64,000 bases of DNA, from the NCBI GenBank assembly GCA_013265495.1, contig MU057887.1:3195576-3259575 (forward strand), written 5' to 3'. Below are positions 11,791 through 21,719 of this stretch, in pieces; position 1 is the first letter of the stretch, and the number at the start of each line of letters is the position of its first letter. A program made the translations under genes and the position numbers. The notes under the pieces were generated by a model. It made no database searches. It had not been told where the DNA came from and was given only the letters and a program-made list of their open reading frames with translations. Source of the stretch: Vicugna vicugna (taxonomy: Eukaryota).

Positions 11791-13224
11791 ACCCCACTGT
11801 TTCTCTTTCTCCCGAGGACCCTGACTAATGCAGGCGACATCCTGGGGTGCCCCAGGCCTGGAGCCTGCGAGACCCCTCCTTCCACAGCCACGTCTTGGAG
11901 CAAGCGTCGCCCACACCCCGGCCCCGTCTGGCCCAGGCGCAGCTCACCCCGGCGGTCACGGAGGGCGGGAGCTACTGCCCCCAGTGGCGGTTCTTCCAGA
12001 CTCTTCTCTCCAGCTGATTACTACTCAGTGCCTGCAAATTCAGAGGACTTGTATGAATTTTAAAACCTGTGACGGATTCGCTTCTTAATGTTCTTACGAT
12101 TGTAGCACTCAGGCAAAGCCACTTTCACGGTTCTCCGACTAAACGCATCTGAGAGAAGAGGAAGGCCAGCCAGGGGCTCTCGAGATGCTGCTTTTTGACC
12201 TGTGGCTGCTCACGAATGGTTACACTAAGGTGTCGCCTATATTAGCATTATCTGAAGATGTGACTAAATGTTGGCTTCAGTGAGGAGCAGGTGAGGGCGG
12301 TGACGAGGCGGGCATCACACCATCCATATGAAGATGCAGCAACGCTTGATGAAGGGAGTGGAGATCGGCCGCCCAAGGAGAAACAGCATCAGACCCCGTG
12401 AGTCCCCACCGTTCTGCAGCGACGCTCTGGTTTTCCCCACCCGTCCCAGCCTGCGGCAACGTTGAGTGGGATTCGGCGATTTACAGTTCCCGTATTCTGC
12501 TTGCTTGCTCGCGTGCCTGCTTCTCAGCTCTCTTTGGCTGTGTGTCGCCCCAGCCCACAGCAGCGGGCTCCACCCACGCGCAGGCCTGGGGGCACCAGCC
12601 TGGTGACTCCAATTCTACGTCAGTTGCACCTGCTGAGCTGGAGATGCTCCCTGGGCTCCCCAGCCCCGTGCTTGTCCCGCCAGAGCCACTTGGAAGGAAA
12701 GCAGCTGGCGGCCTCGGCCAAGCCCTGACGTGCTGACTCCCGAGGCAGGACTCAGGGTTCTTGCCTGGTGACCACGTGGAACGATGGCAGGGCCGAAAAG
12801 CCTCTCCTTCCTCCTAGCTTTCCTTCTGATGCTGACACACGTCCTCAGCTCACTGGCGGCTGTGCTGACTTCATCCTCGGCCTCCTTATCGCCCTGTGTC
12901 CGGCCCACCGTTTCTACATGGCGACTCAGCTCTCCAGATGTCGTGACCTCAGTGCAGATTGGTCAGAGGGCACCGGAGCTTGGGGCAGCAGCCTGTGGCA
13001 TCCCCGACCCGTGTGTCTGTGGGTGACGCAGCTGGGTGCTCCCAGAGGAAGAGGGGGGAGGGGAGGTCTCCTCCTCCCAGGACTCTTTACGTCTCGGATG
13101 CCAGGAGAGGATAAAGCAGACCCCAGCCCTTAGGGAGGAAGGAGGGTGGGCAGGGCCTGCAGGGAGGTCAGCCAAGCAACTTTCTGGAAATGCCCCTCTT
13201 ACCAGCCGAGCCAGAGGCTGGATC

Positions 13225-13425
13225 TGTATGTTGTCCATTTCCTGGGGCTGTTGGAACAAAGCCTCACAGTCTGGGCGGCTGAAATGACAGAAATGTATTC
13301 TCTCCTGGCCCTGGTGACCTCATTTTACCCCAGCCTCCCCTTTAAAGACCCTGTCTCCAAATACAGCCACGTTCTGAGGAGCTGGAGGCTGGGACCCCGG
13401 CACACAAAGGTGGGGGTGCCAGGAT
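13225..13425 (-). mobile_element. MLT1 LTR, internally deleted
   Basis: atttcctggggctgttggaacaaagcctcacagtctgggcggctgaaatgacagaaatgtattctctc joins directly to gacctcattttacccc...aaagaccctgtctccaaatacagccacgttctgagg, the two ends of antisense MLT1. Confidence 0.75.
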
Positions 13426-14589
13426 GACACAGGAGGTGCGGGGGCCTCTAGGAGGTCCTTGCAGACTCAAGATGGTACACAGCACAGACGGGGCCTGCTG
13501 GATCTCCAGGGAGCCAGGCTCTGCCGTGTCTGCCCCTCCCTCCCCAGCAGACCTCCCTCCATCACACACAGACACTGCTGGGCCCCTCCCGTGGTGCCCA
13601 GCCCCCAGCCAGACACCACCATGACTCCCCGGGGCTTGCTCGGGCCACCTTGCCGTCCAGCTCTGCTGGGGGCTCTCGGGAGCCTGCCCGGGGAGGTTCT
13701 CCCTGCACATTCCCTTTCCTGGGGTGCCCCCACCCCTGACCTGGGAGCTCAGCCCTGTCCCCTGGGGAGGTGACGCTCAGGCCCTGAGGACAGTGAGGAC
13801 TCAGGGGGCAGCAGGGCCTGTCCTTTCTGGGCAGGTGTCACCAACAAATCACAGTTTCACCTTCATTTTGCCCGCAGGGCGGGGGCCGGTCCCACGGAGG
13901 CCCCAGGTCACCTCAGTGACTGGGCTGCGCTTTCTGCCGCCCCTAAGGCAGTCGCCGCGGGGTACGAAATTGGGGAGAAGGGAGAAGGGAAATAAGAGCA
14001 AGCTCAGACCCTTGAGCCCACCCCCAGCAGCCGCCTCCAGATGGGGCTTCCGGGGAAGCCTGCAGGAAGCTTCTGGAACCTCCCCGCCCAGCCCCCCCAC
14101 CCCCGTGGTTCCCTCTCCAGTAGGAGGGGGACACAGAGGGCACTGGTTTCTGGTGCTGCCAACACATCCCCAACATTCAGCTGCTGGACACTGGCTTCTC
14201 CATCGTCTCGCTGTTCAGGTCACGAGTCTGGCAGCCATGGTGGCTTCTCCGCTCGGCCCCACAAAGCAGAGATCCAGGTGTCGGGGCTGGGTCCTTGCCC
14301 AGACCCACACTCACTCGGGTTCTTGGCAGAATCCAGCTCCTGCGGCCGTAGCTGGGCTCCTGGGGGCCGCCTGGTCCACTCCGTCCGCCCAGCAGCAATG
14401 GGCCCTCACCCCCTCCCTCTCGGAGTCTCTGGAACTTCATCTTCCATCAACACGGGAAACACTCTGCTTCAGGAGTGCTCGTGCTCAGCAAGGGGTGGCC
14501 CTGTGGCAACAGAGCGGACGCCCCGAGGCCCCCCAGGGGGCGGGCACCCGGAGCCCTGGCCCCGCCTTCCCGGGCCTCGGGGCGGGAAG

Positions 14590-14830
14590 TGTGATGTTAA
14601 TTTCACGTGTCAGCTTAACAGGGCCTCAGGGTGCCTGGGTGTCTGGGTGCGTCTGGGAGGCATCTCTGGCTGTGGCTAACGCTAGAATCATGGACTTAGC
14701 GAAGTGGAGGCCCTCCCCAGTGTGGGGGCCCCGCTCAGCCCACTGAGGGCTGAACAGAGCCAATAGCCAGACCCTCTCCCAGAGCATTGCCTGCCCTGCT
14801 CCCTGGGACCTTTGACTCAAGCTCCCTTTT
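14590..14830 (+). mobile_element. ERVL LTR, MLT2 family (5' part)
   Basis: tgtgatgttaatttcacgtgtcagcttaacagggcctcagggtgcc...gccctccccagtgtggggg...gagggctgaacagagc matches the MLT2 5' end. Confidence 0.75.
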
Positions 14831-15239
14831 CCTCCCCTGAAGGAGGGCCACAGGTGCAATCTTCACCAACTTGGGGGAGATGAGACAGGACCGGGGGCTC
14901 TGGGAGGGAACGCCCAGGGTCTTGTGCCGACATCTGTCTGTCTTGCCTTCAAGACAAGCAAGAGAGGCCAGGGAGGTCCAGGGCCTGGGAAAGTCTAGGA
15001 GAAGCTCGCTGAGTCGCTGACACCTGCTGTGGGCACGGTGCCCCGAGCCCCAGGGAGGAGAAGGGGTCGTGGCCTGGACCGGAGCACCCCCTCCCTCCCG
15101 GCAGCCCGCCCCGGGGCAGACAGGCCTGGGTTGGAGCTGCTGGCATCTCAGAGCCCCTTGGATGCTGCGGAGACCATGACATCACCAGTCACGCCCTGGG
15201 CTCGGCTGGGCTCTTCCCAGCCTCTGTGTGACGACTCTG

Positions 15240-15480
15240 TTCTGCTTTGTGAAGACTCTGCTGATTGGATTGAAGGTGCTCTCCGTCTCAGAAGTAAATT
15301 TAATCAACTGTCTCCTTCCTTCATGTTATTCAGGTTTGCAAAACCATCTCTCCAACTTGCATCCTCCATTTTCTATGAATTGAAAATTACTACAGTTTCA
15401 CCTCTGAAAGGGGTCTCCTGTCTAATCTAGGAGAAACCTCAGTAAAAATTGCGTATAAGTCGGATAACTGTAGCCTATAC
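15240..15480. promoter_or_regulatory. Putative conserved non-coding element
   Basis: AT-rich unique-looking island (TGATTGGATTG, AAATTTAATCAA, GAAAATTAC) just upstream of the larger element at 15770-16600. Confidence 0.3.
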
Positions 15481-15769
15481 GCGTGTGTGGTGTGTGTACG
15501 TATGTGTATTTCTGCACACCAGGAATGACTCCATTTTGTAAGAAAAATGCCACTTTTCTCCTGATTCTTTCACAGAATGCCCCATCAGCCCCTTCCAGCG
15601 ATGGTCACTGGTCACCTCCCAGGACCTGGAGTGGAGTCGGGGATGTCCTTGCTCTGGGGATGGGAGTCCAAGACCCTCCTGGGTGCCCACAGGTCCCGAG
15701 CACGGAAGAGTCACTGCCCTGCTGGAGGTGTGGAGGAGGATAAAAATAGAACTGCCTCCTTGGGCCGGG

Positions 15770-16600
15770 GCGCTGACAGCCACATTACGCCCAGATTGGA
15801 ATGGTCGCGGGCGCCATCCCCAAATTAGCCCATTTTTTACAAAGACGATAATGGAGGCCGAGGCCGCGTTCCAGTCCACTTCTGCGTCTGTCCTGAAATA
15901 GCTGTCTGCTGGTCATCGCTTCTGCATTAATGTTTCCATCCCGATTCAATTACATCGCGCGTATTTCTGGGCCGCTGGTTTATCATGTAAGAATGTAATT
16001 TAAAAGTGATCTGCACCTCACATCCAATATCTAGGGGAAAAATTAAGTAAAAAGTAATGAATGCCACCCATCTCTCCACAGCCACATGTTAACACACTTG
16101 GCCCTTTAAATTCTTTATTGAGAGCGCGGAGATGAGGCCCAGCAGCGGCGGCCGGGGGACGTCACCGTTAATGGGGCTGTGCTCAGATTATTCAGCGAGA
16201 CCCGCCATTAAGAGACCCGCGCTGCTTGTTAAGTGCAGCTGGGGTTATTTGGCCCTGATCTGTGATCATGCATCAATATTTTAAATGCATTTTCAATTTG
16301 GGATGTGTTTTAAAGCAACTCACGATTGGTAGACAAGTGTAAATCAGAGTATTAAATTAATCACGTAATGAGTATGGTGGTGACACCGTTGAGTTTATTT
16401 TCCTTTATTTTAATGTGGTTAGAGGACCCTGCACTTTTGAAATGAATTAAAAGCTCTGTATTTAAGACACGGTGACTCCAAATTAAGCTCCAATGGCCTA
16501 TCCATCTGCAATTCCCATCTGAGACGTCTTTCCACCAGCGTGTGGCCATGAGGGGACAAACCGTGTTTAGGATCCTCGTCACATCTTAGCTCTGGGCTAG
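15770..16600. promoter_or_regulatory. Large putative conserved developmental enhancer
   Basis: About 830 bp of non-repetitive sequence with more than ten TAAT/ATTA cores, TGACAG (MEIS/TGIF-type) near 15774 and TGATTTAC (PBX-HOX type, minus strand 16339-16346). Confidence 0.55.
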
Positions 16601-16850
16601 GTCTCGTCAATCATAGGGCAACAGACGCTGCCCCATGAAGGCGTCGCTCCAAAGCAAGGCCTTGGACAGTCGAAGCCCCAAGGCCCCCATACCAGGAAAA
16701 GAGGTAGCCAGATGCGGGGGGGCCTTGACCTACTCGTCCACTTGCCAAAGCAGTGAGCGATGCTGGGGGAGCCTCCCTGGTGGCCTGGCGGGAAGCCTGC
16801 ACCGCTGCTCAAGGGGCTGGGCTGGCGAGGCCGTGAGAACACGGCGGGGC

Positions 16851-16871
16851 ATCAGCACCAAGGCCAGCTCC
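16851..16871 (+). promoter_or_regulatory. Canonically spaced RE1/NRSE-like site
   Basis: ATCAGCACC-AA-GGCCAGCTCC; one mismatch in the GGACAG core. An inverted left half-site GGTGCTGAT lies at 16905-16913. Confidence 0.4.
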
Positions 16872-19809
16872 ACAGCTCTGGTCCTGGTCCTCTTTTCTGT
16901 TTTGGGTGCTGATCACCTTGAACTTCAGGCCTCCATGGATTACAGTCTCCACACAAAATGAGGGGTCCTGGGGCTGCTCTGTCTGAGGTGGAGAGGGACT
17001 CCTCCCTCCCCCTTCTCATCCTCCCGAATGCCTCCATGGACTTTGGTGCTGCTGCCTCAGAGAGGGTGGGCCTGGGCCCCTCGGGTGGTGGGGGCGTGGA
17101 GGGGCCCAGACACCCCCAGGGAGGGCACCCACAGGCCCCTAACCCCAGTGGCAGCTTCAGGGCCCACATCACGATGCTCTTCCCCTGAGATGCTGGCCTC
17201 CTGAGATGAAGGCCCGCACTTCCCAGCACTGAGGGCAGGAGCTGAATCTTTCGGCTGCCAGGCAGAGCCCCCAGGTGATCTCCAACCAAAGGCCGCTGTG
17301 GCCCGCCAGGACAGGTGGGCACCTCAGGCCGGGGCCGCAGGGACCACCAGCCTGCCCTCCCCTCAAGGCTGCACTCTGCTTCCAGCCTCTGCATCCCTCT
17401 CTGTGGCCCCCTCCTCTTGGCCAGGGCCATCCTCCCAAGTGCAGACCTGTCGCGTGCCTCCTGTCCCGTGAGCAGAGCTCGTGGCTGGCTGCCTGGCTTC
17501 TGGGCGGAGATGAGAACTGGCCGCTGATGACGAGGCCTGCAGGACCCACGTGTCCCTGCCCAGCCGTGCCTTCCTACCCCCGCGGCCTGACTGCAGCCAC
17601 TCCAGCTCCTCGCCAGCACTGAGCTGACTGACTGTGGCTGTTGGCCTGGAGCCCGCAGGAGCCCCGTCCCTTCTTTCTGAAGGCCTTGCCCAAGCTGCTG
17701 GCTTTCCTGCGGTCAGCCCCAGTGCTCCAGCCCTGACCTGGGCGTCCCTCCTCAGAGCCGTCCACCTCCCTCGCCCACTGGCCGAGCCCAGTCACTTCGC
17801 GGAAAGCTGCTTGCCCGTCTGTAACTGCAGGGCGTCACTGCAGTGTGTCTGTCATGGCCCATGTGCCCCGGGCTGTGAGGTCCCGGGGCAGGGGCTCTGC
17901 CCTCACGGCCCACTGTCACCCTGATGCCCAGCCCCCAGCCCGGCACGCAGGGGGACCCAACGGCATGGAAGAAAGGGAGGGCGGGGCAGAGGGAGGGAGG
18001 GGTAGCCGGTGGATGGGTGGATGATCAGATGAGTGAACTCTGCGCCGTTGTCGGAGGAGCTCCCGTCAGGCGCGGGCTGCTGTGCTGCTGGCTGAGAGCT
18101 CAGTGCTGCGGCGTCGACAGTCAGTTCTGGACGAGGTGTCTTGCGCTGACGGAGGTGGTGCAGACGCTGCGAGCGGAGGCTCCTGGAACCCAGCCCGGCG
18201 TTCTCCCAGGAGCAGCGGCTCAGCGGTCCTGACTCAGCGTCAGGTCGGCCACCTGGAGGGAAGGGCTGCGGGCGGAGAATCCGCAGTTTCCCCTCCCCAG
18301 GCCCCTCCCCGCCGGTGGCGTCTGTGATCAGACCAGAGGTGGACTCAGAGCTGCCGGCCCACCGCACCCCATCCTCACACACCCGGGAGTCCTGTCCAGG
18401 CCTCAGGTCCTGCAGACCCACCCGACGGGCACTGGAGTGCGGCAAGCTGGAGGGTCAAGGGCCCGGTAGGGGTCCCACTGCAGCCGGCCCAGCCCCTCAG
18501 CCTGGGACCAATCCCCGCGCTCAGAGGGGGGCTGTGAGAAGCCTGCTCTCCAAGCACATCCACAGAGACGGCTCACTCTGGGCGGCGCTGAGCAAGCCCT
18601 GCAGGTCGGGGGTGGACAGGGAGCCTTGAATCCCATCGGCAGAGTTGACCTGAGCCCAGGGGCCCCCTTGCAGGACCCCGCAGGCAGGCGGCTCTTCTCA
18701 GGGTCACCGGCCTGCCTCGGGGCCTTCGGAGCCCACTGCTGCACTCGGGTGTGTGTCGGCTGCAAACAGGACCCTCTCCACATGGAAGCCGAGCCTCAGG
18801 GAAGAGCCACGGGAGGGAGGGGCTGTTCACCCGAGTTCTGTCTCATGGATACTCATCTCCTTATCTGCAGCTATGCCAGCACAGCCAGCGCAGTGCTACT
18901 CCTGCAGCAAAAGGTGTCGGGGGCAACTTCCCGAGGAGTGAGGGTGGGATCCAGAGCCAGCCACCGGCAGTCAGGCTCCCCGGCTGGAGCTGAGCCGGGG
19001 CTGTCAGGACTCCTGGGCCACCTACGTCCTCCCTCGGGGACCAGAGCTGAAGAGCAGATGGAGCCAGAAGCCCACCGTCCCCCTTGCTACCCAGCCCAGA
19101 ATGTTCCACAGACCAGGACACAAAGGATGTGCACCCCCTGCCCCCCACCCCCGCCCGGAGCGACCCCTCCCCCATGCGCCTGCTGAACCCTCGGTGGGGT
19201 GAGCCTTGCCTGAGCCTTTCTGGGGGTGGGAGGCAGCAAAGGCAGAAATCCTGACCCTTAAGAGGAGTCCCCCGATGTCCTGGCACGGGCACCCCTCCCC
19301 CTGCCTGCCCTCTTTGCTCTTTGATGGATTCTCACCTACGGCTGCCTGGCTGTGCCCGGGCAGACCGTCATGAGTCCCGGGACCAGAAGTGGTTCTGCGT
19401 GCCTTGGGCGCCAGCACTGGGTACATCACAGCTGCCCAGGAAATGCCGCCTCCAGGCTCTGAATTGAACGGGTCACGGGTCGCACTTACTACAGGGCGTG
19501 GAGGTGAGGCATGCTGGCCGCCCGTCACGTGGAGAGATCCCACAGCTGCTCAAGGTCCCAGCAACCCCAAACAGGGAGGGGGCCCCGTGGTGACAGCACA
19601 TCCCAGGGGTGGGTCAGCAGCGAGGCCCCGAGTGTACGTGAGCGTGTGCTTTGGTGGAAGGTCAGGAGGCTGGTCCAGCCCCGATCGGGGAGCGCGGACC
19701 TGCTGTGAGCACGCGCAGATGAGAACCCCGCCTCGGCAGCTGGGAGTGGGGCCGGCGTGGGTTCTCTCCTGCTCGCCCGCGTCACCTTTGCCTGGCCTCC
19801 GTGGTCTTA

Positions 19810-19950
19810 CCTGTGAAAGGGGGACCGTGACAGAACTGACTCTATAGAAGCACCAGAGGATTAAATAAAATGTTCCATGCAACCTCTGGGCATAAACCAA
19901 GCCACGTACCTCACCAGCGTAGGGCATGCACAAGAGCTGAATAAATATGA
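19810..19950 (+). mobile_element. MIR SINE 3' fragment
   Basis: gaggattaaataaaatgttccatgc...gcacaagagctgaataaatatgag resembles the MIR 3' end gaggattaaatgagataatg...gcgctcaataaatg. Confidence 0.45.
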
Positions 19951-19973
19951 GTGGATACTACCCAGGTCCCCAC

Positions 19974-20330
19974 TGTGTCACCGGCCCCCTCAGGCCGGGC
20001 GACAGGGCACCGCGGACCGGGCGGCTTCTCGCCAGGCACTGACTTCCTCGCGGCTCTGGAGGTCGACACCCAGGACCCCGGTGTCAGCGGGGCCTGTGTC
20101 TGTCGCCGGCTCACCCTCTGGGCTGCAGATGCCACCGTCTTGCTCTGTGGTCCCCTGCACGGACCCCCTGGTGCCTTCTTATAAGGACACTAATCCTGTT
20201 GGGTCAGGGCCCCACCTCTAGGATCTAATTTAACCCGGATTACGTCCTTAGAGGCGCTGTCTCCACATAGTCACGCTGAGGGTCAGGCTGCAACGTACAA
20301 CCGTGGAAGGACGTGAGTATTCAGCCCAGC
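19974..20330 (-). mobile_element. MLT1 solo LTR (GC-shifted)
   Basis: gcggctctggaggtcgac...cttcttataaggacactaatcctgttgggtcagggccccacctctaggatctaatttaacc...gctgtctccacatagtcacgctgagggtcagg matches antisense MLT1. Confidence 0.8.
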
Positions 20331-20906
20331 TTCACCAAGGGCTGCCAACGCTCTGTGGCTTTGTGACAGAGGCGTGCTGATTAGAAAGGCAGGAGGGTGC
20401 TCCAAGGGTTCGGAGCGAGAGAGAGAGCAGTGGTTGGGCAGCGGTCAGCAAGGGTTTCGTGGAGGCGGACCCAGGAGGAGGGTTAGAGGGCGTGGCGAGG
20501 GGTCAAGTTAGCCTGAGCAAGACGTGGACGTGGCGTCATGTCCAGTGACGGTGCATCTGAAGGCAGAAGGGCCAGCGGGCAGGAGGGCATGTCCTCCCAC
20601 CACCTGGCGACCCTGTGGCTGCAGACGGCAGCTCCAGTGTCACCCTGCTTGATGCCAGTGGCCTGGGAGAAAAGCCACCAGCCCCGCCCACCTTGAGCTT
20701 CTCTTTGGATGCAGCGCCTCCCAGCCACAGCAGCTTCGATGGCACGAAGTGGGTCCCCTGTGGCAGTGACACTGGGTCACCTGCTGGATGAAGAGATGGA
20801 GGTTCCCCTTGTGACACTGAGATGCCACCAACACTTGGGGTCTGTCACAGGTTTGTGGATAATAGATCCTATCACACATGAGGAGAATTCATAATGTGGA
20901 GATGAA

Positions 20907-21118
20907 NNNNNNNNNNNNNNNNNNNNNNNNNNNNNNNNNNNNNNNNNNNNNNNNNNNNNNNNNNNNNNNNNNNNNNNNNNNNNNNNNNNNNNNNNNNNNN
21001 NNNNNNNNNNNNNNNNNNNNNNNNNNNNNNNNNNNNNNNNNNNNNNNNNNNNNNNNNNNNNNNNNNNNNNNNNNNNNNNNNNNNNNNNNNNNNNNNNNNN
21101 NNNNNNNNNNNNNNNNNN
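20907..21118. other. Assembly gap (212 N)
   Basis: Run of N. Confidence 0.99.
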
Positions 21119-21719
21119 AGAAGTCTGATCTAATCACGGTTGACTGAGAAAGAGAGAGTGTTCTCGGCTTAAACAGACATTGTTCTGACTATCTTTACTG
21201 GGCTGCAAAAAAAAGGGTTATGCTAATTAGGAACTTGAGGTTGCTGGATTCAGGAAGCAGGTACTCAGCAGTGCAACACTTCTCTGAGTCAGAAAAAAAC
21301 CTGATGAATCTACTGTCTTACCAGCCTTGGGAAGGATGAAGCGCCACATCGAAGAAGAGGGGATGGCAGAGAAGTTGCCTGAAAGTCTGGATTTGATGCT
21401 GATAAGTGTTCAGGAAGGAGTGGACTCCCGCTCACGGATCTGAGAGGTTTGACTCAACAGAGTATTGCAGGGTGTTGGCGGCAGCCCCACGTTTCCTGTG
21501 CGTCTGAGGGGGGGACGCCAGGGGACCGAGGGGAGGTGCACGCAGGTGGTGGGCCTCAGCCTGGACTCGGGACCCAGCAACACAGCTTAGCACGCTGCCC
21601 GCCCGTGGGCCTGGGCTTCCAGACCCGGGAGGAGAGGCGCCCTCCCAGGACACGTGGCCGGAAGAGGACACTGGGATCAAAGACTCCATCCATCTGGTTT
21701 AAGAAGCGGCCACTCCCCC

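Noticed and set aside
13724-14746. 340-aa ORF (and similar long ORFs at 27906-28769, 28189-29001, 42496-43260, 51472-52452) as protein-coding genes
   Set aside because: Pro/Gly/Arg/Ala/Ser-rich with no recognisable domain, overlapping ORFs on both strands, and several run through LTR or L1 remnants. Long stop-free frames are expected at this GC content.
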